IMG/VR virus record: IMGVR_UViG_3300039452_000031
Length of the DNA stretch: 64,000 bases
Strand: one strand, 5' to 3'
Source of the DNA: a virus
Taxonomy: Duplodnaviria; Heunggongvirae; Uroviricota; Caudoviricetes
Part shown: positions 35,062 to 44,682 of the stretch, in pieces
How positions within the stretch are numbered: the stretch's first letter is position 1
Layout: each line of letters starts with the position of its first letter
Program-made: the position numbers and the translations under genes
The notes under the pieces: model-generated
What the model saw: the letters and a program-made list of their open reading frames with translations, nothing else
Databases searched by the model: none
What the model was told of the DNA's origin: nothing

Positions 35062-36474
35062 ATGCCTAATATCAATGTGACAAAGGTGAAGACTGACTTT
35101 GGTTTTGACCCCAACGGGCCTGACGTTCAGGTCATTGGAGGTAAGACCTACAAACGAGTTCAGGCCGAAGATCAGGTGAACCTTAAGGGCGGTGAGAAGT
35201 TTCTGGTAGTCGAACCTGAAACAACCGACAAGCCACTTGGTGAGGCCGAGCTTGTGGAAATCATGAAAGAGCGTGGGGGCCCAGAGAAGAAGTACGACCC
35301 TCTAGCAGCCTCGATCATGCACGGAGAAATGGCAATCGATATGCCTGAGGGGCATGTCTTTGGCTCCCCTAGGAAGGTCGCTTCACCTTTGTTTGAAGCT
35401 GCAAAGACTGCGGTTCTGGACGCCGCCAAATCCCCTACGCCAAATTTTCGTGAGGAAGAGCCATACAAGAAAAGCAAGGACAACGACATTCATGTTCGGG
35501 TGGTAACCCACAGCAAGGACGCGTTGGCCAAGAAGGGGCTCCATAAGGCTTTCGACCTCATCTCGGATTCTGTTCGTCAGCAGATGGTTCGGTTGAAGGC
35601 TGCAATAGAACTCGGCATTGACGTGGACCTTAACAAAAAGACTCTGCAAGGTCTTTTGAAGGAAGTTCACCCTGATGCGGACGACATTGAATTTGGCACA
35701 GACTTGATCGGTAACGACCTTGCTGAACTTCTGAAGGTAGGTCTTGAAGACCAATCTAACTCATCGATAGTGGTCGAGAAGCTGGTTGAGGTTGAAGCCG
35801 CACCTCTCCTGCAGAGCCTAAAGTTGCAGCGCAACGACTGCAGCCGTCTCCACAAGCTTTTGGAGGCAATGAGTGAGAAGGCGCTTCAGGCCTCACTACT
35901 GGAATTGCTGAAGATGGCTACACCAGTGGTAGTCCAACATGACTGGCTCTCGGTCATGAGTCCCATGCTTGTCGACTCCTCGGAGGTCTTGCTGCCTGCC
36001 GATCTATGCGTGTTCGAGTTCAAAATCAACGGCCACCTCCTGTTCATGCTCTTGAGTCAAGACAATCTTGATACCCGCCCTATTCTGGTCGAGGCTGGGG
36101 ACAACTGGGTGACTGTACCTCTGAACGAAAAGTTCCAGCACCTACACGACTTCTGCTGGGCACAGGTGCACGCAATCTGTGCCATGCTGTCGGCCAAGGT
36201 CGCGGAGACCACGACGGTAGTCGCACCCAAGAAGTTGAACGACAAGCGGGTCAAGCTGGGCAAGGTTCCACTGTTTGACTACCATATCGTGGACCTCAGC
36301 CGCCGTCACAAGACCAGGCGTTCAGAGGGGGCCAAGGAGTACCAAGGGGTCGTGAAGTTACACCTACGTCGTCCCCATCTTCGACACTACGAGAACGGTG
36401 TGGTCAAGAAGATTGACTGGATGCTGGTTGGCAATCCTGATCTGGGCTTCGTGGACAAGCACTACCGTCTGTAG
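35062..36474 (+). CDS. hypothetical protein
   Basis: 470-aa ORF with RBS AGGAGG. Confidence 0.5.
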   Translation: MPNINVTKVKTDFGFDPNGPDVQVIGGKTYKRVQAEDQVNLKGGEKFLVVEPETTDKPLGEAELVEIMKERGGPEKKYDPLAASIMHGEMAIDMPEGHVFGSPRKVASPLFEAAKTAVLDAAKSPTPNFREEEPYKKSKDNDIHVRVVTHSKDALAKKGLHKAFDLISDSVRQQMVRLKAAIELGIDVDLNKKTLQGLLKEVHPDADDIEFGTDLIGNDLAELLKVGLEDQSNSSIVVEKLVEVEAAPLLQSLKLQRNDCSRLHKLLEAMSEKALQASLLELLKMATPVVVQHDWLSVMSPMLVDSSEVLLPADLCVFEFKINGHLLFMLLSQDNLDTRPILVEAGDNWVTVPLNEKFQHLHDFCWAQVHAICAMLSAKVAETTTVVAPKKLNDKRVKLGKVPLFDYHIVDLSRRHKTRRSEGAKEYQGVVKLHLRRPHLRHYENGVVKKIDWMLVGNPDLGFVDKHYRL

Positions 36475-36518
36475 ACCCCATGCTCATGCGCTTCCCAGCG
36501 CGTTGTTTTTCTACTACA

Positions 36519-36553
36519 CAGGGCGGGGGCCGCAGTCCGCCCTGTGCTATAAT
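36519..36553 (+). promoter_or_regulatory. extended -10 promoter TGcTATAAT abutted by inverted repeat CAGGGCGG(N10)CCGCCCTG
   Basis: -10 at 36548-53. The palindrome CGGGAA-TG-TTCCCG lies at 36561-74, around the expected transcription start. Confidence 0.45.
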
Positions 36554-36594
36554 CAATCTGCGGGAATGTTCCCGATCAACGAAAGGAAGAGAAA

Positions 36595-36885
36595 ATGTCT
36601 AAGGCAAAGATGGCATCGAAGTCTGCAACGGCCGCAGTCGTGGAAGTCACGCAGGAAGCAGCGACCCAGATCACGCATCAGAATCAAGAGTCCTTGACCT
36701 CCATGCTCAAGTCCCATTCCAAGATCAGCGTTGAGCTGGCGCTGGCGAAGAAGCAGGCCAAGGTCAAGAAGAGCAAGAAGACGGCTGGCATTGTTCAGTC
36801 GCTCAAGATCGAGCGCACTGAAATGCGTACCCGAATCGCAGCCCTGCTGTTGCCGACGACGGTGATCGCCCAGCCGCAAGCCTGA
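36595..36885 (+). CDS. hypothetical small basic protein
   Basis: RBS AAAGGAAGAGAAA. Confidence 0.45.
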   Translation: MSKAKMASKSATAAVVEVTQEAATQITHQNQESLTSMLKSHSKISVELALAKKQAKVKKSKKTAGIVQSLKIERTEMRTRIAALLLPTTVIAQPQA

Positions 36886-36900
36886 TCACCGCCACTAAGA

Positions 36901-36930
36901 AAAGGGAGCTTCGGCTCCCTTTCGTCGTTT
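36901..36930 (+). terminator. rho-independent terminator
   Basis: AAAGGGAGC(TTCG)GCTCCCTTT followed by CGTCGTTT. Confidence 0.8.
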
Positions 36931-36939
36931 GAGGTTCAT

Positions 36940-37125
36940 ATGTTCAATCTCTTCGTTCTCTTCGTTCTCGCCTTCTTCTTCATCGGTTTCGTGATCGAGA
37001 CCTTAAGGTCTAAGAGGGAGTCACGTCTCTACGGCTTTTATTGGGTACAGCTGGTATTCCCAGTAGCTTACGGGCTGGCAGCCTTAGGTATGGTCTTGCT
37101 TATCCTCTTTGGACCTCGCGTATGA
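36940..37125 (+). CDS. small membrane protein
   Basis: Two hydrophobic helices. Confidence 0.4.
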   Translation: MFNLFVLFVLAFFFIGFVIETLRSKRESRLYGFYWVQLVFPVAYGLAALGMVLLILFGPRV

Positions 37126-37583
37126 CTCCGTTGATGAGCACTCGGTACGTCACTGTTGAGCCAAGCACACTGACGCCCGTAGATACATTTGGTCTCCCCA
37201 TCGCCCACCCTCTTCGGGTTGCTGCCAATGTCCAAACCTATGAGCGCCGTCGCGCAGAAGCTATGGGCTTTGAGTTCAGCCCTGTTGACGTGCTTTGGGT
37301 GGGCAATGGTTATCAGGTGAGTGGGTCCTTCATTTGCATTTGCGGTCGTCAGGAGTGCTACACCTTCCGCGTCTCTGAGATAGAAGTCACGTTAGCACTC
37401 GCCGATCCTGTAGAGGTCATCAATCCCGCTCGACGCCTTGCTGAGGGAGGATCCTTTTCCCGTGAGCATCTGCTTGCCGACGGCTACGACGAAGAAACGG
37501 TGGACTACATTTTGGCCAAGGGCGAGGAGTTCGATGCCGAAAACCCGAAGGCATATTCGTACACCCAACCTACTAGCTGGTGA
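37122..37583 (+). CDS. hypothetical protein
   Basis: ATGA overlap with the upstream gene. The ORF-track start 37041 lies inside that gene. Confidence 0.45.
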   Translation: MTPLMSTRYVTVEPSTLTPVDTFGLPIAHPLRVAANVQTYERRRAEAMGFEFSPVDVLWVGNGYQVSGSFICICGRQECYTFRVSEIEVTLALADPVEVINPARRLAEGGSFSREHLLADGYDEETVDYILAKGEEFDAENPKAYSYTQPTSW

Positions 37584-37864
37584 TGAAAACCCTACGAATT
37601 GTGGCCGCAGCCAACAGGTGGCCTGATGGTGTTATTGTGGTTGGTGTTCGGCATGCTGACCGTATCATGGCCTCTGTTGCCAGAATTGCTCCACATCGAA
37701 GCCTGCACCACACCGAAGAGGGCTTTGTGGACTCGCGTGGTGATTTCCATAGCCGGGAAGCCGCATGGGTGATTGCCTACGCCGCGAATCAGATCCTTCA
37801 CCGCTTGCCAGCCGATACCAAAACGGACGGCACTCATGTCCTTTGGTCCGAAAATCTGTATTGA
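37580..37864 (+). CDS. hypothetical protein
   Basis: GTGATGA coupling. Confidence 0.4.
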   Translation: MMKTLRIVAAANRWPDGVIVVGVRHADRIMASVARIAPHRSLHHTEEGFVDSRGDFHSREAAWVIAYAANQILHRLPADTKTDGTHVLWSENLY

Positions 37865-37932
37865 TATCCTCCTCTTAATTTCATCCAATACTAAGAAAGT
37901 TTTCGGCCCCGTCTAAGTCATAGGAGGACACA

Positions 37933-39573
37933 GTGACTGGCGCAGCACCAAGTTACATTGATTACCTAACGGACCTGATTTGCAGGGTCTCGAACGACCA
38001 TCACATAACATTTCTCTCTGAATCCGGCACTCGCTGGATTGATAACGAGCAATTGCTCTGCTTTGTGGAATATCTGCACGAGGCGGATCGGCAACAGTAC
38101 CTGCATGCGGTTGCCAACCTTGATGGTCACGCCTTCTCCCGCATCAACGCCCGTCTGAAGACCAAGGGCGGTAGCTATGTGTGGATGGAATTCACTTTGA
38201 TTGCCATGTCGGCGGGCAATCAGATCGCCATCTGTGGTCGAGACATCTCCCACTGGAAGACGATTGAAGCCCGCCTTGAGCAGGCTGCCATGTACGACCC
38301 CCTGACTGGTCTCGGCAACCGTTCCCTTCTGGCGAAGGCCATTGATGACTACATCGCGGTCGCTAAACACAACACTTCTGGCTTTGCCCTCTTAGTATTG
38401 GACCTCGACGGCTTCAAGAAGGTCAATGACTCCCTAGGCCATCTGGCGGGGGACGAGATTCTGGTCGAAGCTTCCCGTCGTCTGAAGGGGGTTCTACGCG
38501 AGCAGGATTTAGCAATCCGCATGGGTGGCGATGAGTTCGTCATCATCCTTCCTGGGGCGCGAACCCCGGCTGCCGTCGAAACGGTCTGCATCAAAATCTT
38601 GCGAGCCATTGAGAAGCCGTTCCTCACCGACTCTGGAAACCTGGTTCATCTTTCGACCTCCATCGGTACATCGTTCTACCCTACTCATGCCCATGAGCTT
38701 CAGTCTCTTCTGCAATGCGCAGACTCTGCCATGTATGCGGCAAAGAAGCAGGGAAAGAATTGCTCCAAGGTCTACGATCCCTCTTCTGAGGGTCGTCACA
38801 ACATTGTGACCATGGAGAGTGCAATGTATGCTGGCATCCAGCAAGGCGAATTCTACTTGGAGTTCCAACCCCTGTTCGATCCTTCCGGGGACCGAATGCT
38901 AGGGGCCGAGACCTTGATGCGCTGGCGTTCGGAAACCTTCGGCTCTGTGTCACCAGCGACCTTCATTCAAGTGGCCGAGACCTCTGGGCTTATTGAATAC
39001 CTAGGTGACTGGTGCCTGCGGGCCTCCTGTCACTTCTTGAAGCGCATCAACCTACAGAACCCGGAGTTCAAAATCTCGGTCAACGTATCGTCCCGGCAGT
39101 TCCAGATGCCGTCCTTCAGGTCTTCACTTCAGCGGGCGGTTGCTGAGATTGAGATCAATCCTCATAACCTCATCTTGGAGATCACTGAGAACTCGCTTAT
39201 GAAGGACACGATGGAGGTCATCAACACTCTGGACGAGATTGACGCCCTTGGCGTGTGCGTGGTCCTCGATGACTTTGGCACCGGCTACTCTTCGTTGGCA
39301 TACCTGAGTCGTTTCCGTCTCAAGGCCCTAAAGGTCGACAAGTCTTTCGTGGACAAGATTGGGGTCTCCAAGTCGGATGAAACGATTTGCAGCGCCATCA
39401 TTTCCCTGGCGCATGCTCTAGGTATGTATTGTGTGGCCGAAGGCGTGGAGACCAAGGAGCAGCTGGACTTCGTGGCCTCCTTGGGTTGCAACATGATTCA
39501 AGGCTACTTGTTCGGGAAGCCGTTGGCAGCTAACGCGCTACTCGATCTAATCTTCCAGAAGGCTGTGGCATGA
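37933..39573 (+). CDS. PAS-GGDEF-EAL protein (putative diguanylate cyclase / c-di-GMP phosphodiesterase)
   Basis: AGGAGG RBS 5 nt before GTG. GGDEF domain: LVLDLDGFKKVNDSLGHLAGDEIL ... RMGGDEFVII. EAL domain: ETLMRW, NVS, EITEN, DDFGTGYSS, KVDKSF, AEGVE, QGY. PAS-like N-terminus. Confidence 0.8.
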   Translation: MTGAAPSYIDYLTDLICRVSNDHHITFLSESGTRWIDNEQLLCFVEYLHEADRQQYLHAVANLDGHAFSRINARLKTKGGSYVWMEFTLIAMSAGNQIAICGRDISHWKTIEARLEQAAMYDPLTGLGNRSLLAKAIDDYIAVAKHNTSGFALLVLDLDGFKKVNDSLGHLAGDEILVEASRRLKGVLREQDLAIRMGGDEFVIILPGARTPAAVETVCIKILRAIEKPFLTDSGNLVHLSTSIGTSFYPTHAHELQSLLQCADSAMYAAKKQGKNCSKVYDPSSEGRHNIVTMESAMYAGIQQGEFYLEFQPLFDPSGDRMLGAETLMRWRSETFGSVSPATFIQVAETSGLIEYLGDWCLRASCHFLKRINLQNPEFKISVNVSSRQFQMPSFRSSLQRAVAEIEINPHNLILEITENSLMKDTMEVINTLDEIDALGVCVVLDDFGTGYSSLAYLSRFRLKALKVDKSFVDKIGVSKSDETICSAIISLAHALGMYCVAEGVETKEQLDFVASLGCNMIQGYLFGKPLAANALLDLIFQKAVA

Positions 39574-40928
39574 ACCCGATTTCAAAAGACATCTTGGAAA
39601 AGATGAAGGGGCGTACGGACTTCCCGTCCCTTGCGTCCACAATCTCCCTGCTGCTGGACGAGCTTCGGAAGGTGAACTCTAGCACCTCATCTGCGGAACT
39701 GAATCGCTTGATCTCCACAGACCCTGCGTTGACAAAGAAGGTGCTTCGTCTTTGCAACTCGCCCATGTACGCACAATTCGGTGGGCAGGTGGCTAGCGTT
39801 GAGGAGGCAGTGCGCATTCTAGGCACGCAAGCCATCAACTACTTGGCTCTCAACGTATCGGTTTTGAACTCCTTCACGGACGATAAAGAAGCTGAGGATT
39901 CGAACGCCAAGCTCTCGCTCTCCATTATGGCCGCCAATATGGCGCACGACATTGATGTCGGTGACGATCCTCCGAGCATCAGACCCCTGAACGTCACGAT
40001 TGCCAACTTCGCTCGCCTCTCTGTGGCTTTCTTTCTGCCTGAGCGTTGGGCTAAGGTAGAGGAGGAGATGGCCAAAGGGCAAGATCAAGACCTTGCCTGT
40101 CTTGGGGTGCTTGGCTGCCCGTTGGGTGACGTAGCTAGGGACATTCTCTCCTCATGGCGGTTTCCGGAGTCCCTTATCTCTGTCGCCACCGGGGAAGATC
40201 AACGACCTTACGTGGACTTCTTCAACGCCGCCTCTGAGGAACTAACTCAGGAGGTCCCGAACATGGAGGCTCTGATCGATCGGTTCCCGGCCTTGGTAAC
40301 GCCTACCATTCGGCGTCAGGTGCTGGACTCCTTGGCCGTGGAACAGCAAAAGTTCATGGGTGAGGACACGTTGAGGGCCATCTTTGATAACCGTCGAAAG
40401 AAGTTCAGCGTCGCCTCTGCGTTGGAAGGCATCGACGGCTCTAGGGAAAGCCTGGCCACTTCTCTGCCAAAGCTCATGAAGTGCCTCTTGACTTTTGGAC
40501 CAGATCGGGTAGTTGTGGCCTCCCGAAACATCCTTGGGCCTGATAAGTTCCGCATCCTGTACTTTTACGATAAAGACTCGGGCATGGAGTCCGTTCTTCC
40601 AGAGGACCGTCGCGGCTTCCTCTTGGAGGAGGTGCCCATGATCTCCATCTGCCTGGCCAAGCAAATGGACGTCAACGTGCGAGACGTTCAGGCTCTCAAG
40701 GCGGGATCGAATGTGGCATCCGCACGTCTGGATCTATTTCCGTCTTACATGCGCAGTCTGTGCCTCCTTCCACTGGAGTTCCCGAACCGCTCGCAGAGTG
40801 TTGTCTACTTGGCCTGGAGGGGGCCCAATGCTTTGGACACCAAGGCAATGAATGAGATCCTGAACTTTAAGGCCGCGGTCATCAACGCCGTGTCCTCTTA
40901 CGAGGGCCCTGTGCTAGCCGACGCTTAA
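39570..40928 (+). CDS. HDOD-domain protein (putative c-di-GMP/signal-transduction accessory)
   Basis: KVLRLCNSPMYAQFGGQVASVEEAVRILGTQAI matches the HDOD core pattern. ATGA overlap with the GGDEF-EAL gene. Confidence 0.55.
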   Translation: MNPISKDILEKMKGRTDFPSLASTISLLLDELRKVNSSTSSAELNRLISTDPALTKKVLRLCNSPMYAQFGGQVASVEEAVRILGTQAINYLALNVSVLNSFTDDKEAEDSNAKLSLSIMAANMAHDIDVGDDPPSIRPLNVTIANFARLSVAFFLPERWAKVEEEMAKGQDQDLACLGVLGCPLGDVARDILSSWRFPESLISVATGEDQRPYVDFFNAASEELTQEVPNMEALIDRFPALVTPTIRRQVLDSLAVEQQKFMGEDTLRAIFDNRRKKFSVASALEGIDGSRESLATSLPKLMKCLLTFGPDRVVVASRNILGPDKFRILYFYDKDSGMESVLPEDRRGFLLEEVPMISICLAKQMDVNVRDVQALKAGSNVASARLDLFPSYMRSLCLLPLEFPNRSQSVVYLAWRGPNALDTKAMNEILNFKAAVINAVSSYEGPVLADA

Positions 40929-40948
40929 TCAAAACAGGGAGAGGGTGT

Positions 40949-41206
40949 ATGAACTGGCTTGAGAGATTCCGAATCCGTAGACGGATCAAGGCCTTGAAGG
41001 TCGAGGCTTGGATTCATGCACGCGAGGCACTGGCTAAGAAGCTGATCGCCCCAGGGGCGTCTGACTACAATAGCCGGCTCTCGTTGTCTTACCTTAAACA
41101 GGCCCAAGCTTTGGAGGACGTCCTTGAGCGTCACCGTCTGGGTCTGCCCGAAACGTCTGAGTCCACTTTCGCTGAATTTGAGGACTCCCAGAAAGGAAGG
41201 CTATGA
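40949..41206 (+). CDS. hypothetical protein
   Basis: 85-aa ORF with RBS AGGGAGAGGG. Confidence 0.4.
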   Translation: MNWLERFRIRRRIKALKVEAWIHAREALAKKLIAPGASDYNSRLSLSYLKQAQALEDVLERHRLGLPETSESTFAEFEDSQKGRL

Positions 41207-41730
41207 AACTTTGGCAAATCATGTTGGTTGGCACCCTTGGTGCTGGTCTCTTTGGCTTCCTAAAGCCTTACTCCTTGAGAATTCAACCATCAGCGGGAAT
41301 CATGACCGTCATCCATCCTGCGGAGTTCCACTCCGTAGGTGATGTGGTCCAAATTCGTCCTCAAGATCAGGCTCTGGACTCAGATTCGGGAGTAAGCCAC
41401 GGATTTCAAGTCTACGCGCAAGGTCGCGATCCTCTGGCTGAGACCGCGATTGGTGAGATTGCGCCCTTGGCTCGAAAGGATGGTCGACAGTGGGTACGAT
41501 TCTATTTGGCATCGGTCAAGACCTCGAAAGTCATTGCCGGTCCCTTCATGTACGACTGCTCCACCCTGCCCGCTGGGGACGATGGCTACTACAGGATGAT
41601 CAACGGGGTTTGGGTCAAGCTCATGGACTCCAAGCTGGCTCCCATTCCAGGGCACTTTGGACCTGTTCCTGACTATGGGGCAGTTCCTGGGCAGTTCGCT
41701 TGTGAACTTGCCTATGAGGCTAGGCAATGA
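41203..41730 (+). CDS. hypothetical protein with N-terminal TM/signal anchor
   Basis: Hydrophobic N-terminus LWQIMLVGTLGAGLFGFL. ATGA overlap with the upstream gene. Confidence 0.45.
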   Translation: MKLWQIMLVGTLGAGLFGFLKPYSLRIQPSAGIMTVIHPAEFHSVGDVVQIRPQDQALDSDSGVSHGFQVYAQGRDPLAETAIGEIAPLARKDGRQWVRFYLASVKTSKVIAGPFMYDCSTLPAGDDGYYRMINGVWVKLMDSKLAPIPGHFGPVPDYGAVPGQFACELAYEARQ

Positions 41731-42026
41731 ACACGCCGTCCACGCCCTCTCTGACCTTCATGCTGGCCCTAACCATTGGCTTTGCTTTAGGTCTCCTGTT
41801 CGCTTACGTTGTTAACCACTTTCTCTCCAGGGACACGCGCAACGAAGGGGAACCTGAGGCATCGAAACCTATTGCGTTTCCGATGGCATCCTGCCCACGT
41901 GGCAAGGCAGTGCAGTTGTTGAACCCTGGAGGCGTGTGGACCCAAGGAAAGTGGGATGGGGTTGATAACCAATGGCAGGGTTGGTACCCGTTGCCTCCAG
42001 TCCAGGACAGCAAACCTAGACTGTAA
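41727..42026 (+). CDS. hypothetical membrane-anchored protein
   Basis: TM segment LTFMLALTIGFALGLLFAYVV. ATGA overlap with the upstream gene. Confidence 0.4.
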   Translation: MNTPSTPSLTFMLALTIGFALGLLFAYVVNHFLSRDTRNEGEPEASKPIAFPMASCPRGKAVQLLNPGGVWTQGKWDGVDNQWQGWYPLPPVQDSKPRL

Positions 42027-42036
42027 ATAGTAATAC

Positions 42037-42126
42037 GGAACCGTGGCAGAGCGATTTATTGCAGCGGCCTTGAAAGCCGCCGATGGGGAAGCCTATCCGT
42101 GGGTTTGAATCCCACCGGTTCCGCCA
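42037..42126 (+). tRNA. tRNA-Ser (anticodon TGA)
   Basis: Perfect 7-bp acceptor GGAACCG/CGGTTCC. Anticodon loop CTTGAAA. Long variable arm. T-loop TTTGAAT. Encoded GCCA 3' end. Confidence 0.9.
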
Positions 42127-42141
42127 TACATGGAATAGTGC

Positions 42142-42711
42142 ATGAAGATCCAAGCTAAAATGCGATTGACCGACTCCTTAGTGCTGGGTGCCCACCGCAC
42201 TATCGAGCAAGCTATTCTGGTACCTGAGGTTGCCAAGGCGGTCAAGGACTTTGTCAAGTCATATGGGAAGTCGTTGCTCCTCATAGGTGGCATTGCGGTC
42301 TCTTACTACACCAGACCAAGGGCTACCACTGACGCAGATTTTCTGTTCTCGTCGTCAGAAGCGGCTCCAGATCGAGTTGAAGGCTTCAAGCGAATTCGTG
42401 CTCATGCCTTTCTTCACCTTGAAACGCATGTTGAACTGGAAATCCTAGACCCTGACTTCTTGGGCATAAGTGAAACCTTATACGCTCAGGTGGAGACCTC
42501 GGCTGTACGAGTAGCTGAGCACTTATCGTTGCCGTCCATCGCTGGGCTTATAGCTCTAAAGACTTGTCGATTGAGTTTTCAAGACAAGGCGGATATCGAC
42601 AACCTGCTTAGGGTTCTTGAACAGCGCGGCAAGGAGTTCTCTATACCCGAATGGGACGTACCGCATGAAAAGGTAGAGGCATTCAATGCCTTTTTGAAAG
42701 AACGATGCTAG
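42142..42711 (+). CDS. nucleotidyltransferase-fold protein (AbiEii/minimal NTase-like motif)
   Basis: LLLIGGIAVSYYTRPRATTDADFLF fits the GG...(R)xT/S-DxD NTase signature. Confidence 0.4.
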   Translation: MKIQAKMRLTDSLVLGAHRTIEQAILVPEVAKAVKDFVKSYGKSLLLIGGIAVSYYTRPRATTDADFLFSSSEAAPDRVEGFKRIRAHAFLHLETHVELEILDPDFLGISETLYAQVETSAVRVAEHLSLPSIAGLIALKTCRLSFQDKADIDNLLRVLEQRGKEFSIPEWDVPHEKVEAFNAFLKERC

Positions 42712-42971
42712 GAGACTTGATGAACAATATGGAGCGTAGGGTGTTATATGTTGTGGCCAACACCATTGGTAGGGACCTCAAGGAGATGAATTTGGACATG
42801 ACCTTGGAGGAGTTGGAAATCGACTCCCTAGACAACGCGGAGATCATGCTCGAACTGGAAGAGGAATTCGAAATTCAGATTCCAGACAATGTGTGGCGCC
42901 CGCCTCCGCAGACCATCAACGCATATGTCAATAGGGTTGAGGCCTATCTATCGACTTTCAAGTCTGACTAA
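42705..42971 (+). CDS. acyl carrier protein-like
   Basis: LEELEIDSLDNAEIMLELEEEFEIQIPD has a DSL phosphopantetheine-attachment-type motif in ACP helix-II context. 88 aa. Confidence 0.55.
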   Translation: MLGDLMNNMERRVLYVVANTIGRDLKEMNLDMTLEELEIDSLDNAEIMLELEEEFEIQIPDNVWRPPPQTINAYVNRVEAYLSTFKSD

Positions 42972-43023
42972 GGACTCGAATTCTGACCAAGCCCTAGAAG
43001 AAAGGGCCTGACTGAGAGTTCAA

Positions 43024-43100
43024 GGGCCGGTAGCTTAGCGCTCCAAAGCGACGTTCTCATAAAGCGTTGATCGCGGGTTGGAATCCCGCCCGGCCTACCA
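43024..43100 (+). tRNA. tRNA-Met/Ile2-type (anticodon CAT), atypical D-loop
   Basis: Acceptor GGGCCGG/CCGGCCT (G1:U72). Anticodon loop CTCATAA. T-arm GCGGG-TTGGAAT-CCCGC. D-loop AGCGCTCCA lacks GG. Confidence 0.7.
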
Positions 43101-43127
43101 CAAATAAGTCTTGACCAAGCGTACCAG

Positions 43128-43550
43128 ATGTTGGATCAAAACTACGTAGTGCTTGGCAAGCACGATGACCGCGAGATACGAAGATATCATAGCGCCGTGG
43201 CGTCCTATTGGGTGCTAGTTGGTCAAGAATCGGATCCGGCCTACATTGTTCGGGTAGGCAGCGATCAGAGATTGTTACCCAACGGTCTTAGGGCCTACCC
43301 TGTCAAGACTTGGAAAATTGTTGACCGAACAAGTAGCTTTGTACAGACCGTACTGTTCAGTCACATCCTTCCAGAGTACAAGAGTCTGATTGTCGAAGAT
43401 GACCGACAGCATATGTGGATGAATGCGGTCGTTCATGCACTAGCTTGCGGCCTAGTGGTTCAAGCATTTGACACCAAAGCGCTTGTTCCCGTAACCGGCG
43501 TAGGCTCTTTTCCTCCAAATTCTTGGCCTGTAATTTCTTCCCTTTCCTAG
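43128..43550 (+). CDS. hypothetical protein
   Basis: 140-aa ORF. Confidence 0.4.
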   Translation: MLDQNYVVLGKHDDREIRRYHSAVASYWVLVGQESDPAYIVRVGSDQRLLPNGLRAYPVKTWKIVDRTSSFVQTVLFSHILPEYKSLIVEDDRQHMWMNAVVHALACGLVVQAFDTKALVPVTGVGSFPPNSWPVISSLS

Positions 43551-43558
43551 GAAAGATC

Positions 43559-44251
43559 ATGAAGATCATCTCCACATTCAAAGACTGCTACGACTTCATT
43601 CAGGCCCAGGGTCACGACGACGGTCTCCTATACATCAGGAAGACGCAGGTCTGGTCTCGATCTAATCCAAAGGATGAGAGTCCCTATCCTAACCTTGCGG
43701 CCTATCTTCATGATCATGCTTGTGGGGAACTGTTGCAGGAATCGGAACTAAAAGAGCTTCTTCCAAAAGACAGGGACTCGGTAGGCCAGCTTTATTCAAA
43801 TTGGTCTAGTGGGACCCTTTTCTTTTGTGGGCATAAGTATCCGATCCTATACACACCATCTCCTAACACGATGGACTTCAAACCCTCCATCCTTAGCATG
43901 CCCCAGCTCCAAAAGGTTTCGGGCCTAAAGTTTGACGACATACCTCGCATGTGTAGGAAGAGCCTCGAGCCCCTACCTATATCAGAGTCTCTTAAGGAGA
44001 TGATGATTGCCTCACGAGTGCCTGCAATGTTCGTCACCCGCTATCAGATATTTTTCAATCCCTCCCTTAGGAATCTGGGCTTCGATACCCTGATGGCTCC
44101 TTCCCAGATCGGTCAGGAGCTGATGATGTTCTTTGGAAACATTGCGTCTCCAGATGACACGCCGATCAAAATCGCCGATAAGGATCGAATCGCTCAGCAT
44201 GGCTTCGACAAGTGGAGCTTTAGAAAACAATCACCTGATGTGAAGGCCTGA
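43559..44251 (+). CDS. hypothetical protein
   Basis: RBS GGAAAG. The ORF-track start 43523 overlaps the upstream gene. Confidence 0.45.
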   Translation: MKIISTFKDCYDFIQAQGHDDGLLYIRKTQVWSRSNPKDESPYPNLAAYLHDHACGELLQESELKELLPKDRDSVGQLYSNWSSGTLFFCGHKYPILYTPSPNTMDFKPSILSMPQLQKVSGLKFDDIPRMCRKSLEPLPISESLKEMMIASRVPAMFVTRYQIFFNPSLRNLGFDTLMAPSQIGQELMMFFGNIASPDDTPIKIADKDRIAQHGFDKWSFRKQSPDVKA

Positions 44252-44253
44252 TC

Positions 44254-44658
44254 ATGACCTTACCACCAAAGCCTTACGAAGATCAGCCTTACTCAAATCC
44301 GATCTGTAATCCAAAGGGTGTTATTCTTCCCATGGCGTACGGATCTTGCACTTGTGATTGTCACCGAATTGAGGGTGTATATCACGTCATGCCGTGTTGT
44401 GGAATAGGTGTTGCATCCCTCCTTCCAGGGACGCGAATGAGCAGTCTACCATTTGTAGATGGCTTTGAATTTCGCGCATTGGAAGACATTCCAGCAGGGT
44501 TTGTAACCCCAGATCAGGTCAAGAACCGCATCTCCAGACCGACAACTGCCGAACCTGTGGAGATCAACTACGTGCAGTTCGATGACGCACCTCAGACTAT
44601 GAAGTCCCATCTTGAGGAAAAGCAAGAGGCCTTAAGGCAGCGGAAATGGCATCCCTAG
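44254..44658 (+). CDS. hypothetical Cys-rich protein
   Basis: CTCDCHRIEGVYHVMPCCG. TGATCATG coupling. Confidence 0.45.
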   Translation: MTLPPKPYEDQPYSNPICNPKGVILPMAYGSCTCDCHRIEGVYHVMPCCGIGVASLLPGTRMSSLPFVDGFEFRALEDIPAGFVTPDQVKNRISRPTTAEPVEINYVQFDDAPQTMKSHLEEKQEALRQRKWHP

Positions 44659-44682
44659 ACGGCTTCTTTCTCCCTAATTGAG

